From positions 114,371 to 178,370 of the forward strand of contig JAAXKN010000003.1 of NCBI GenBank assembly GCA_025612375.1: a stretch of 64,000 nucleotides of DNA, in the 5' to 3' direction. Positions 8,796 through 18,720 of the stretch are shown here, in pieces. The position numbers were made by a program, and so were the translations under genes. Within the stretch, counting starts at the first letter, position 1; every line of letters starts with the position of its first letter. Below the pieces are notes generated by a model, which had not been told where the DNA came from, ran no database searches, and saw only the letters and a program-made list of their open reading frames with translations. This DNA comes from Ignavibacteria bacterium (GTDB taxonomy: Bacteria > Bacteroidota > Ignavibacteria > Ignavibacteriales > SURF-24).

Positions 8796-9793
8796 TCAGT
8801 CTTCCTCCAGTCATAACAGCGCATAAACGCCAATTTTATGATTTGTTTATAATATTTATTTTCTTCCAAAACCGAAGTTCTGTTCTTCAATGAGGGACGT
8901 AATGTCTTAATATAATTGAATAACAAACGCAAAGCAAATCCCTCGAATACTATGGCTCTAAGGAGCATCTGTTTCAAAAAGCCAAAATGCTTGCCGAAAA
9001 AATATAGCATTCCGCGGTATCTTTCAACAAGTAAACGATTAACCTTCTGCTTTTGTACCCTCTGGCCGGTTGAATGGCCGAAGAGGTGAATAATGGTGGA
9101 ATCGGGCAGAAAAATAGACTTAAAGCCCGCTTTTTTGATTCTGAGGCTCCACTCAACCTCCTCGTTATAAAGGAAGAAAGCCTCATCGAGAAGCCCGGCT
9201 TTTTCAATAGCCTCACGCCTTACCATCATGCAGGCGCCTGTAACGTGGTCCACTTCCCTTTCGGAGTCGTGATCCCAGTAGCTGTCGAATGCTTTCATCC
9301 GGGATTTCTTTTTTAACAGATTACCGAAAAAGCTGTCGTAGCTCATCAAGGCTTTAAGAAACTCGTTTGCATGGACGAACTCTTTCATTAAAGACGGGAA
9401 AGAGTGTGTTGAACGTTCAATACCCCCTTCGGCGTTAAAGATTTTGCAGCCCACAATACCGGTTTCAGGATTGTTCCTGAGGTAGTTAATCATAGGCTGA
9501 AAAGAATCCTTATTGACGATGGTATCGGGGTTCAGGAGCAGTATGAACTCCCCCTTTGCCAGTTTAATGCCAATATTATTAGCAGCCGCAAAGCCGAGAT
9601 TGTTTTTGTTAAAAATGAATCTGAATTGGTTATATTTTTCCTCAAGATCGTTTATATTTTCCGAGGAGGCATTGTCTACGACAAATACCTCGTAAGGAAA
9701 ACAGTACCGGCTTTCGAGCAGGGAATCCAGGCAGTCCAGCAGCACGCTTCTGGAATTGTAGTTGACTATTATTATTGAGAGTGTAGGTGTCAT
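8792..9793 (-). CDS. GT2 family glycosyltransferase
   Basis: LSIIIVNYNSRSVLLDCLDSL...VFVVDNASSEN...NLGFAAANNIG...ILLLNPDT. It is a paralogue of the N-terminal domain of the 614..2605 product. Confidence 0.85.
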   Translation of the reverse strand: MTPTLSIIIVNYNSRSVLLDCLDSLLESRYCFPYEVFVVDNASSENINDLEEKYNQFRFIFNKNNLGFAAANNIGIKLAKGEFILLLNPDTIVNKDSFQPMINYLRNNPETGIVGCKIFNAEGGIERSTHSFPSLMKEFVHANEFLKALMSYDSFFGNLLKKKSRMKAFDSYWDHDSEREVDHVTGACMMVRREAIEKAGLLDEAFFLYNEEVEWSLRIKKAGFKSIFLPDSTIIHLFGHSTGQRVQKQKVNRLLVERYRGMLYFFGKHFGFLKQMLLRAIVFEGFALRLLFNYIKTLRPSLKNRTSVLEENKYYKQIIKLAFMRCYDWRKTE

Positions 9794-9797
9794 AGTA

Positions 9798-10679
9798 TTA
9801 AATCCTCACCTGTCCGAACGAATCATTTTTGTAATCCTGGAGGCCTGCCTGTGCAGCGCGGAAGAGTTTTTTATCCCTGAAAAACCAAATAAGCATTTTT
9901 GTTCTGATAACAAAAAAGAAATAGATCTTCGCAATAAACGGGAAGCACATATCAATGAGCAGATTCCTGTTTCTTACGGCATAATAAAGAGTCTTTTCCC
10001 TGAGTTTTCTTTCACCTCTGCATTTATGGTAGATAACTGAGAGCGGGACGTAGAGAAGCTTCAGTCCGTTTCTGACCGCGCGAGCGCTGAACTCAATATC
10101 CTCGTGGTAAAGGAAGAACTTTTCATTCAGAAAACCGGTTTTATCCATCATAGATGTCCTGATGCACAAGTAGCAGCCGCTGATAAATGATACAAAGGAG
10201 GGCTCATTTGAAGCGGGCAGATTATCTGCATATTCATTTTCATGGAGGTGGACAGCTAGGCCTCGCCACTTGTTCAATGTGCCTCCCGCATACCAAATTT
10301 TCTCCTTTTCGGGGTAGTAGCGTATCTGGCCCGTACCCAGGGAAGCTTCGGGGTGATTATTCATTTCATCAATAAGAATACGAATAGAATCTTTATTTAC
10401 CAGTGTATCATTATTAAGCAGAATGATATAATGAGGGCCAAACTTCAGTGCGTAATTAATCCCGAAATTATTTCCGCCTGAAAAACCGAGGTTCTTGTCA
10501 GTTTTCATGAGTGTAACTGTGCCAAGTTGCTCCTTCAGGCAGACATATGAGTCATCTGTAGAAGAATTTTCAACCACCAGGATGTTACGGCTGTCAATTC
10601 CAGCCTCTTCAAGCGATTTAACACATTCTACAGTATCCTGCCAGTTGTTGTAATTGACCAGCATTACCAAGTATTCCAT
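9798..10679 (-). CDS. GT2 family glycosyltransferase
   Basis: MEYLVMLVNYNNWQDTVECVKSL...VVENSSTDDS...NLGFSGGNNFG...ILLNNDT. The track ORF starts 9 codons earlier (10706), and either start is possible. Confidence 0.8.
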   Translation of the reverse strand: MEYLVMLVNYNNWQDTVECVKSLEEAGIDSRNILVVENSSTDDSYVCLKEQLGTVTLMKTDKNLGFSGGNNFGINYALKFGPHYIILLNNDTLVNKDSIRILIDEMNNHPEASLGTGQIRYYPEKEKIWYAGGTLNKWRGLAVHLHENEYADNLPASNEPSFVSFISGCYLCIRTSMMDKTGFLNEKFFLYHEDIEFSARAVRNGLKLLYVPLSVIYHKCRGERKLREKTLYYAVRNRNLLIDMCFPFIAKIYFFFVIRTKMLIWFFRDKKLFRAAQAGLQDYKNDSFGQVRI

Positions 10680-10748
10680 TTTATTTCCCGGCCGCAAAGA
10701 TAACATTGGGGCACACAGTTTTATTCATATTTATCAAAATTACTTCCT

Positions 10749-11546
10749 TTATCTGCCGTATGATGTTCTGATCTTTTGAAGCACATCCATCACATCTTCC
10801 TCGGAAGAATCAGGAGTATCGCCAGGGACAAAGCCGTGTTTCCAGATATAGTAATAGGAATATGCCTTAATTCTAATTCTAAAAGGCCAGTATCTTTTTC
10901 TTATCACACTGCTTTTCAGACTTGGATCCAGATCTTCAATATACGAGTCACTTGAGGCGAGATCAGGAAACCACCAGAAGGGCGGATGATATCCCTTTTT
11001 AATTATAAGATAGGTGTGATCAACGTGCTCCCAAGCATTCTTGAAAACCGTATCTATATAGCCCACCTCGTTTATGACCTTATCCCTATAATATGAAAAT
11101 GCGCCTATAATGTATCTGTTAAGAGCTATTTGAATTCCATCATTGTACTCAATAATTTTTCGGGGATTCGGTTTTCCATCCGAATCTTTATTTATAGGTC
11201 CATGATATCCATAGTTGAGATGATATAGTCCTGTTTTTTCAGAAGCTCTTATATATTCATTAAATACTTCAGGATTTTTAATCCTTATATCATCTTCACA
11301 TAAAAATAAATGCGTGCATCCATTTTTAATTAAAAACTTTAATGCATCATTTTTCGAAATACCAACGCCCTTGTTGTGTTTATGCTGTATGATCTCTGTA
11401 ATCTTTTCAGGATAAGCCGAACTGTCGTATGCTTTACCGTCATTGACAACGACCAGAGTATCTGCCTCGGGAATAGAGGCAATACACTCAGAGAAGAAAT
11501 TCTGACGGTTACAGGTAATAACACCAATTCCTAATTTTGTTTTCAT
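10749..11546 (-). CDS. Putative GT-A fold glycosyltransferase (divergent)
   Basis: IGVITCNRQNFFSECIASI...VVVNDG...LFLCEDDIRI has a DxD-like EDD. It lies inside the glycosyltransferase array. The family assignment is tentative. Confidence 0.6.
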   Translation of the reverse strand: MKTKLGIGVITCNRQNFFSECIASIPEADTLVVVNDGKAYDSSAYPEKITEIIQHKHNKGVGISKNDALKFLIKNGCTHLFLCEDDIRIKNPEVFNEYIRASEKTGLYHLNYGYHGPINKDSDGKPNPRKIIEYNDGIQIALNRYIIGAFSYYRDKVINEVGYIDTVFKNAWEHVDHTYLIIKKGYHPPFWWFPDLASSDSYIEDLDPSLKSSVIRKRYWPFRIRIKAYSYYYIWKHGFVPGDTPDSSEEDVMDVLQKIRTSYGR

Positions 11547-11553
11547 AATATGA

Positions 11554-12576
11554 TTATTTTATAACTGGACTTTTAGTAATCTGAAGACTGCTGTACAAAT
11601 GTAATATCCTGGGTGATTTTCTCACCCTTAAAAATTTTTCACAGTAGCTTTTAGCCCTATTAAGATCACCAGAATGCTCTGTAGCCAGCAAAGCAGCCAA
11701 AATATAAATAAATTCAAGTGAAGGCATGTAGTTACTTTTGACCCGGTAAAGTATCTTTCTAAAGATTCCTGAGAAATAGACCGGAGACTCAATCCATTTT
11801 TTCACATAGCTTATTAGTTTATCCAGTTCACTATTGTCTAAGGTCCTGATATACTTTTTCATATAGTTAAGCGTTATTTCATATACTTCATCCATTGTCC
11901 GTTTCGGGTTCTCATATTCCTTATTCTTTTTTTCCGGACATTTATAAAAGGTTCCCAGGATTTCATTATGGTGCAGAAGTTCGTACTTTTGTGAAATGTT
12001 CAGTTCAAATTCATGATCGCCACAAACTTCATACTTTTCATTAAACCATATGCCATCATCAAAATGTAGAGAGGCTCTCCACATGGGCTGAGAACCAACG
12101 ATACACCGTTCAAACTGATGAATCCTGTTAAATTCCGGAGCGACGTTAATTTCCTTACTTTGAACATCCTTAAATTTCTGATTCGGAACGTTTGTGATGT
12201 ACTGATCGGCATATACTAAAGCAACTGAAGGATTATCAGCTAAGACATTAGCCAAGACCTCATACGCATCATTTCTTAATCTGTCATCTGTATTTGAATT
12301 GGCAATAAATTTACCAGTAGAGGCTTTGATTCCCCTGTTCCACGCCTTATAGATAGATTCCCTTTCCGAGGTATTTATGTATTTAATATTCTTATGCTTA
12401 TCAAGATATTCACTGATAATTGAATGTTCATTCTGCTTTGAACCGCTATTAACGATAATAATTTCCAGCCTATCCTGAAGCGTCTGTTCAAGAAGATCTT
12501 CGATCTTACCGCGAATAAATTTTTCAGAATTATAAGTTGAAACAATAGCAGAAACTAAATAAGAACCATTATCCAT
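11554..12576 (-). CDS. GT2 family glycosyltransferase
   Basis: VSAIVSTYNSEKFIRGKIEDLLEQT...EIIIVNSGS...YKAWNRGIKASTGKFIANSNTDD. Confidence 0.8.
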   Translation of the reverse strand: MDNGSYLVSAIVSTYNSEKFIRGKIEDLLEQTLQDRLEIIIVNSGSKQNEHSIISEYLDKHKNIKYINTSERESIYKAWNRGIKASTGKFIANSNTDDRLRNDAYEVLANVLADNPSVALVYADQYITNVPNQKFKDVQSKEINVAPEFNRIHQFERCIVGSQPMWRASLHFDDGIWFNEKYEVCGDHEFELNISQKYELLHHNEILGTFYKCPEKKNKEYENPKRTMDEVYEITLNYMKKYIRTLDNSELDKLISYVKKWIESPVYFSGIFRKILYRVKSNYMPSLEFIYILAALLATEHSGDLNRAKSYCEKFLRVRKSPRILHLYSSLQITKSPVIK

Positions 12577-12592
12577 ATATAACCTAAATATC

Positions 12593-13315
12593 CTATATTT
12601 GAAGACTTTTATTGTTTTTCTCGTATATTCTTTCTCTGGACCAGGTAATATCCTTTTTTAGAATTCCGGCCGGATTTCCGCCAGCTATTACTCCCTTTTC
12701 ATCAATACTTTTTGTCAGAACTGAGTGAGTAGCAATTACACAATTCTCTTTTATTGAGACTCCTTTTAAGATAGCACAATGGGCGGCGACCCATACATGG
12801 TTCCCAATTTCAATATCTTTTGCATAGTTAATTCTTTTGCCAGATTTCACGTCAATTATTGAATGGGAGTCGCCTGTCCTAAGATCAATATCATTTGCAA
12901 ACATACAATCACTTCCAATTACTACTTTTGATCCCGGCTCAGTAAGTGCAATATGCACATTTTCAAATGTAGAGCCTTCACCTATTTCCAGCATGCATGC
13001 CTTATCCTCAAGCCAGATGTTACTTCCCCTGTTAAACTGGCAATCCTGTCCAATCCGGATACTATGATCATCTCCCCTAATGTAAAAACTCACACCATAA
13101 AGCGCACACTTCTTTTCAATGGTTATAGAGTTATTATTTCCAATAACATCAAATGTCACTTTATTCAGGTTTGATCCTTTATAATGGATTATGTTCCGCT
13201 GGCCTTTGACTTTTCTGATAATGGTTCTATTATAATAAACATTATGGATAAAGCTTCCCAGGGCGGGATTATTTTTCTTTACATAATCATATATAGGTTT
13301 CAATTTTATTAACAT
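12593..13315 (-). CDS. Left-handed beta-helix (hexapeptide-repeat) acyl/acetyltransferase
   Basis: Imperfect hexapeptide repeats are visible throughout, ending in IEIGNHVWVAAHCAILKGVSIKENCVIATHSVL...GVIAGGNPA. Confidence 0.8.
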   Translation of the reverse strand: MLIKLKPIYDYVKKNNPALGSFIHNVYYNRTIIRKVKGQRNIIHYKGSNLNKVTFDVIGNNNSITIEKKCALYGVSFYIRGDDHSIRIGQDCQFNRGSNIWLEDKACMLEIGEGSTFENVHIALTEPGSKVVIGSDCMFANDIDLRTGDSHSIIDVKSGKRINYAKDIEIGNHVWVAAHCAILKGVSIKENCVIATHSVLTKSIDEKGVIAGGNPAGILKKDITWSRERIYEKNNKSLQI

Positions 13316-13446
13316 TTCATCTTCTAATTTTACGGTTTAATAACTAACAAAGCCATTAAAACTGTACATCTGATTAAGGAATATCACTAACAGAATACTA
13401 TTCAAGAAATACTAATTGTTTCATCAAGGCACATTGAACTTGTGTT

Positions 13447-14166
13447 TTATTCATGTCCTTTATAGGCTCTTAATGCTTTCACTTTGCTTAAGTTCTCAAT
13501 CAATCCCTCTTTATTAGCAAGGACTATGCATCCACGCTTTCTGCCTGTTTCCTCCTTAGCGCTCTTGGAAGGGAAAAAAGGACAAAAACCGAATGATCTT
13601 AACGGCTCGAGATATTCCAAGCTGAGCTCCTTTCCATTTCCATAATCATCATAGGTATACTCACTATCAAAGGGAACTTTGAAATCATCCACCATTATCA
13701 CAGCCTTAGGCCAGTTTTCAAGTACGAGCTCAATCTCTTCCCTCAATGGCAAGTCCTCATTCCAGTGAGCATCCAGATAAAAGAAAGTTGTTTTGTTTTT
13801 CATGCTTTCTTCTTCCGAGAATTCCCTCAGCAACTTTCTACTATCCGAATTGTAAAGTTTAATATCAGTAACGTAAAGAAATCTTAATCTTGAATATCCA
13901 TAAGCGCGCGGGTCCGCTTCAGTTGAATAAATCGGCAGTTTAGTTGACCTGTACATGAATTCAGTAGTAGTGCCGTGATAGGTACCGGTTTCTATAATTT
14001 TTTGAAAATTTATTTTACTGAATAACTCCAGGAATATTTCCTGTCTAATTTTCTGCCCGTTAAAAGGCCCGCCCCAACTTTCCTTATATTGCGGGAAACG
14101 GTAATAATCTAATGCCCCTATTACTTTATCATTTAAAACAGATTTGGCGATTGACTTTAAGTTCAT
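13447..14166 (-). CDS. Putative class I SAM-dependent methyltransferase-like protein
   Basis: IIETGTYHGTTTEFM is a Gly-rich Rossmann-like motif, followed by acidic beta-strand ends (STEAD, YLDAHW, VMVDDF). The function is inferred only from these motifs and the glycan-locus context. Confidence 0.5.
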   Translation of the reverse strand: MNLKSIAKSVLNDKVIGALDYYRFPQYKESWGGPFNGQKIRQEIFLELFSKINFQKIIETGTYHGTTTEFMYRSTKLPIYSTEADPRAYGYSRLRFLYVTDIKLYNSDSRKLLREFSEEESMKNKTTFFYLDAHWNEDLPLREEIELVLENWPKAVIMVDDFKVPFDSEYTYDDYGNGKELSLEYLEPLRSFGFCPFFPSKSAKEETGRKRGCIVLANKEGLIENLSKVKALRAYKGHE

Positions 14167-14201
14167 AGTGATCTCTTATATCTTTAGAGTTTATAATATT
14201 T

Positions 14202-15686
14202 TCAGGCAAACTGTCTGACGATACCCAGAATTGATTTCGAGTATGCTTTTATGTCATTAATAAAAATGACCGCACACAGTAAACTAATAAAACCCAAAAC
14301 CAGATGCATATTTATGCTGCTGAAATTTAATATAATAGTACCCAAAAGCAGCAATATATTCAGTATTATCAATTTGTAAAAAGAAACCGATTTTAAGAAG
14401 TCTTTAATGTTAAACTTGGTCTCTCTTTTAACAAAATAAACCATAAGGATATTTGCTGAAATTACTGAAACAAAATATCCCAAAAGGCCGAGTGTATTCT
14501 TGAAAATTAGGAAGCCAAGGATAAGGCTTATGGAAACAACTACCAGATTAAGGAGCTGAGAGAGAGCCAGTAATGCCGGTTTACCAATTCCTATTAAAAA
14601 TGTATATATGGTATAGCCGAAATTATTAATTGTTTGAGGCATTGATAGTATAAGGAATATAAGAATTACTTCAGAGTACCCGAACCATAATTTTATGACT
14701 GTTGTCGAAAGGAATACAAACACTCCAAACATAATTCCCGAGAAAGTGACTCCAAGAGTAGTAATTTTTTTACCTTCTCCCTCGAAAAATAATTTATAAT
14801 CTTCAGTTGACTTCAGCACACTTGCCTTTGGTAGAAGGTTTCTGAAAGCAGCAAAGAACAAACCGGAGATCGATACGGCAAACTTATTTGCAATTTCATA
14901 AAATGGGACTATACTTAATGAAGAAAAATTGACAATGATGTATTTTACCGTAGGATCAATAAAAGCATATATTAAAGATGAGAGCTGCATGGAAACACTG
15001 AACTTAAAAATCCCCTTAAACTGTTTTAAATCTACTCTTGAGAATATTTTAATCTCAGGATGTTTAATTCTTATTACCAGATAATTTGAAAAAACCAGGC
15101 TTATGGAAGCTAAGGCATAAGCTGAAGAGAGATAAACAATAGACATTTTCAGATATGTTACGCACATAATCAGACACATCATAAAAATATTGCTTGATAG
15201 AATAATTTTACTTGATAAAACGAATTTATTCAGTCCTTCCAGAATAGCTTTAAAGAAAAATGAAAGATACTGAAAGAAGAAGTTTACGCCTAAAGTAATA
15301 AAAACAGCATTTGCAAGATGATGGTATTTTAAAGGAACGACAGTATTGTTGCTGAAATAAATACTATACCCCAAAATAAATCCCAAAAGGACAAGAAAAA
15401 TTCCGACAAAGTTAAATACTACAAATCCTGTTGAGACAAGGGAATTGATCCTATTTTGGTCATCATTTTTTTTAGCTTCAGCAACATACCTTACTATTGC
15501 TGTGCCAAAGCCAAGATCAACAACATTACCTATGCCCCACAAGGAGGCAAATATTATCCACATCCCGTATAATTCATTACCATAGTGCGTCACATTTAAT
15601 TTCACTATGATAAATGAGAATAAAATTGAGACCATATACTGTATAGCCAGCCAGACTGAATTCCTCTTGTCGCTGTTCTTCTTCAT
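14202..15686 (-). CDS. wzx: Wzx-like oligosaccharide flippase (MOP superfamily polysaccharide biosynthesis protein)
   Basis: The 494-aa protein is hydrophobic throughout, with about 12-14 helices, and has an N-terminus typical of polysaccharide biosynthesis/PST proteins. It is positioned beside the Wzy-like gene. Confidence 0.75.
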   Translation of the reverse strand: MKKNSDKRNSVWLAIQYMVSILFSFIIVKLNVTHYGNELYGMWIIFASLWGIGNVVDLGFGTAIVRYVAEAKKNDDQNRINSLVSTGFVVFNFVGIFLVLLGFILGYSIYFSNNTVVPLKYHHLANAVFITLGVNFFFQYLSFFFKAILEGLNKFVLSSKIILSSNIFMMCLIMCVTYLKMSIVYLSSAYALASISLVFSNYLVIRIKHPEIKIFSRVDLKQFKGIFKFSVSMQLSSLIYAFIDPTVKYIIVNFSSLSIVPFYEIANKFAVSISGLFFAAFRNLLPKASVLKSTEDYKLFFEGEGKKITTLGVTFSGIMFGVFVFLSTTVIKLWFGYSEVILIFLILSMPQTINNFGYTIYTFLIGIGKPALLALSQLLNLVVVSISLILGFLIFKNTLGLLGYFVSVISANILMVYFVKRETKFNIKDFLKSVSFYKLIILNILLLLGTIILNFSSINMHLVLGFISLLCAVIFINDIKAYSKSILGIVRQFA

Positions 15687-15715
15687 TTATCCCAACATTA
15701 AGTTATTATCTCACG

Positions 15716-15989
15716 TTACGCAAAATTGTAATTTTTAATCAGGTCTGCCATTCCCGTGTATTTCTCGTATGCTGATCTTAGGGTCAAAAAGTTAATCTGA
15801 TACTTTAGTGTACAGTGGTTCATATTCCTATTTATCTTCAGGATCAAAATCTTTATAAAAGTCAGTACTGAAGCAAATATGTGATTTAGTTGTGTTCTTA
15901 CTATTTTTGTTGGATACATCTCAAGAGGCATTCTGCTTAATGGATTTGTAATATTCCTCGATTTTCCACCTTTTCTGATGGATTCCCTA
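15716..15989 (-). pseudogene. Decayed C-terminal fragment of an IS4/IS701-like DDE transposase
   Basis: One minus-strand frame (15986..15924) reads GIHQKRWKIEEYYKSIKQNAS, which is the Y..RW.IE....K signature region, bounded by stops at 15989..15987 and 15923..15921. A 1-nt shifted frame continues as (P)LEMYPTKIVRTQLNHIFASVLTFIKIL (track ORF 15716..15931). There is no N-terminal catalytic portion and I could not identify terminal inverted repeats. Confidence 0.6.
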
Positions 15990-16109
15990 GATTTCTTCTA
16001 AAATTACTGGCTTAAGTAAACGTGCCTATTTAACTTAATTTTCATTACGAAGTCTTTCTTGAGTTCTCTTTATTACATTATTTCCACCTTATTTGCGTAA
16101 AGTGAGATA

Positions 16110-17528
16110 TTAAGTCATTTCGGCGGAAGACAATCTATGATTACATTCCAGAATTCTCCCATTTGCCAGTGAGAACCCAAGAATAATTGACCAGAGCATC
16201 ATCAGTTGGCCCCACAACCAAGCGTCAGTCATCAGCATTGAAATAATTATATATACAATCAGCCACCACATAGTATTTGAATAAAAGATTTCCTCATATG
16301 TTCGGCTTTTGCTAATATTTGACCTAAAATATCTCACAATAGTCGTCATAAATATGAAAAAGCCTATCATACCTATTATGCCGGATTCAGTTAGGACGGC
16401 AAGCAGGGTAAGATGAGGGGATCGGAAATGCACGAACAGTTCGTAAATAAAAGGGTCAATCGTGTAATACTTTTCCGATGCAATTGGGAAAGAATAGAGT
16501 CCAATACCAACAAAAGGATGCGCCATAAATGCATTCCAGGCTGTTTTCCAGATAAATACTCTGCTGGCAACGGAGCCAATCTTTTGCAGATTGTCTGCAA
16601 TTTCCTCACTGGTCTTTGGTCCTGAATTTGATAGTCTGGCAAATGCATTCGAGTTGATGCTGTTTGCAACAAAAAAAGTGACAACCAGCATAATGGCGGC
16701 AAAAGAAACAGCCAGTATTATATTTCTTTTCTTAAAACCCAGACCGGAGCCTTTACGCACATACTGAATGACGATTAACAGAATAGATAACCCTGATGAA
16801 ATCCATGAATTTCTCGTCTGCGTATATATCAAAGCTATCAGCAAGACTAACGTTGTAAATGAATATAACAATCTTTTCTCGCCATATATCAATCTCATTA
16901 AGGAAATTACCAGAGCAATACCGACATAATCCACATACATTAATCCCGCAAAACCAAATACCCTCATACCTGTAGCAAATGCAAGATATATAATATGCAA
17001 ACCGTTTAATACCGAAAAGAACAGAAATATGCTTAAATATTTTTCAATCTGCTTATAACTGGTAATAAAAACAGGTGTCAGAGTGAATATAAACAAAAAT
17101 AGAACAAGCCTTAATGACACGAAAACAGGCGTAACCAGCATAAATGAATTAATGAATGATGGGAGGATCAAAGCAATAAAAACAAAGAATGCTTTGTGTA
17201 AAGGATTCTTCAGCACCTCCCATTCAAATTTATAGGAAATCAGAAAAGCAATAATGACAAAAACCGAAAACACCTCGCCTAGAGATGCATAACTTATGTA
17301 GATAAAGGTGAAAAGCGAAATTATGAAAAATGAATAAGCCAAGCTTAGATTGAAAGCCAGGATAACAACAATAGGAGAAGCACACACAAGAATAATGTTC
17401 AGGTAATTAGTTCCAAACAGACTGAATATACCAATTGTTGGAAGCACCAGAACTAAAGCCAAAGAAAACAACAATTTATTATTCTTAAGCGAAACATCTC
17501 CCGCATTATTTTCTAATTGAATTTGCAA
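16110..17528 (-). CDS. O-antigen polymerase/ligase family membrane protein (Wzy-like)
   Basis: About 10-12 TM helices, plus the characteristic loop ...SRVFIWKTAWNAFMAHPFVGIGLYSF... of O-antigen ligase/Wzy_C domain proteins. It lies between the Wzx-like and Wzz-like genes. Confidence 0.75.
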   Translation of the reverse strand: MQIQLENNAGDVSLKNNKLLFSLALVLVLPTIGIFSLFGTNYLNIILVCASPIVVILAFNLSLAYSFFIISLFTFIYISYASLGEVFSVFVIIAFLISYKFEWEVLKNPLHKAFFVFIALILPSFINSFMLVTPVFVSLRLVLFLFIFTLTPVFITSYKQIEKYLSIFLFFSVLNGLHIIYLAFATGMRVFGFAGLMYVDYVGIALVISLMRLIYGEKRLLYSFTTLVLLIALIYTQTRNSWISSGLSILLIVIQYVRKGSGLGFKKRNIILAVSFAAIMLVVTFFVANSINSNAFARLSNSGPKTSEEIADNLQKIGSVASRVFIWKTAWNAFMAHPFVGIGLYSFPIASEKYYTIDPFIYELFVHFRSPHLTLLAVLTESGIIGMIGFFIFMTTIVRYFRSNISKSRTYEEIFYSNTMWWLIVYIIISMLMTDAWLWGQLMMLWSIILGFSLANGRILECNHRLSSAEMT

Positions 17529-17541
17529 TCAAAGACTCAGA

Positions 17542-18705
17542 TTATTTTCTCTTAAACTTCAATTCTTGCAGAATGAAAGCAACCTTTTGATTTGATGAGT
17601 TCCTTAATGCTTCCCTCAATATAAGTACTATCACGAGCAAGACCGTCACAAACAGGCCGCCTAAAACCGCGAACAAAGTCCTAGGCGGATAACTCTTCTT
17701 TTCTGCCACAGAACCATAGTCAATAACCTGTAAAACAGGAACATTTTTCTGTTCTTCAAATTTTGCCTGTTCAAAAATCGGGACAATGAATTCCAATAAA
17801 CCATTATATATCTCAACATTCCTGTAAAGCCTCAAAAACTTCTTCGTCTTTTCGGGTAAGGAGTTAATAGACAAAAGGAAGTTACCATTCTCTCCGCTTC
17901 TCTGCATTTTGACCAGTTCAGACTTGTATTCATCCAGCTGAGTTTTAAGAAGTTTAAGCTGAGGTGAATCACTGGAAGTTACTTTCTCCATAATAGAAAG
18001 TTCCAATTGTTTAGCCGTTACCTCACCTTCCATTCTTGAATAAGCGTCAAGAATCATTTTTGACTGTTCCTTTGCTTCAAGCATTCCGGACACCTGCTGA
18101 TAGTACTGAAGAGAATCCTCGGCATTTTTCAAATTACCTTTAATTTCCCTGTACCTAACTTCCAGAAACTCTCTGTTGTTTTTTGATTTCGCAACATTCA
18201 GATTAATAACACTTTCATTTAACAATGAAAGCAAATAATTCACCATATCGGCAGCTTTCTGAGCTGAATTTGCCTTTACAGTTATTGCGAAAGCATTTTC
18301 TTTCGTAGTTCCTGCATCAATATTCGTTCTCAGCTGTTTTAGAGTTTCCTCCATGCTCATGAGCTTGTAGTCTTTTTGAAGATTGAACTTATGAACAAGC
18401 TTTTCCAGTGTGCTGCGGCTGTAAATTATTGTCACATATAGGTCAGTTTCAGCAGATTTTGATGTTCCTCCCATACCGAAGGGTAGATCTTTGAGATTTT
18501 TCATTACTCCTGCCATTGAACCTGGTGAACCTTCATTGCCTGCTGGAATTATGAGCGCAGTAGAATCGTACTCTGCAGGTATAAAATAATATACAACCAA
18601 GTATGATAACACCAGAACAGAAATAAACGTAAGGAGAAGGAATTTCTTCCACTTAACTACTAAAACTATATAATCTAAAATATCAAAGCCCCTGTTTTCA
18701 GCCAT
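17542..18705 (-). CDS. Polysaccharide chain-length determinant (Wzz/GumC-like), no kinase domain
   Basis: An N-terminal TM (FLLLTFISVLVLSYLVVYYFI) is followed by PAEYDSTALIIP, a long coiled-coil-like periplasmic region and a C-terminal TM (LFAVLGGLFVTVLLVIVLIL). Confidence 0.75.
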   Translation of the reverse strand: MAENRGFDILDYIVLVVKWKKFLLLTFISVLVLSYLVVYYFIPAEYDSTALIIPAGNEGSPGSMAGVMKNLKDLPFGMGGTSKSAETDLYVTIIYSRSTLEKLVHKFNLQKDYKLMSMEETLKQLRTNIDAGTTKENAFAITVKANSAQKAADMVNYLLSLLNESVINLNVAKSKNNREFLEVRYREIKGNLKNAEDSLQYYQQVSGMLEAKEQSKMILDAYSRMEGEVTAKQLELSIMEKVTSSDSPQLKLLKTQLDEYKSELVKMQRSGENGNFLLSINSLPEKTKKFLRLYRNVEIYNGLLEFIVPIFEQAKFEEQKNVPVLQVIDYGSVAEKKSYPPRTLFAVLGGLFVTVLLVIVLILREALRNSSNQKVAFILQELKFKRK

Positions 18706-18720
18706 ATTAAAGTCCTAAAA

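Noticed and set aside
15716-15931. 71-aa minus-strand ORF as a genuine small gene
   Set aside because: It is the out-of-frame continuation of a transposase C-terminal fragment. Its 'start' Met is internal to the ancestral protein, so it is reported as a pseudogene remnant instead.
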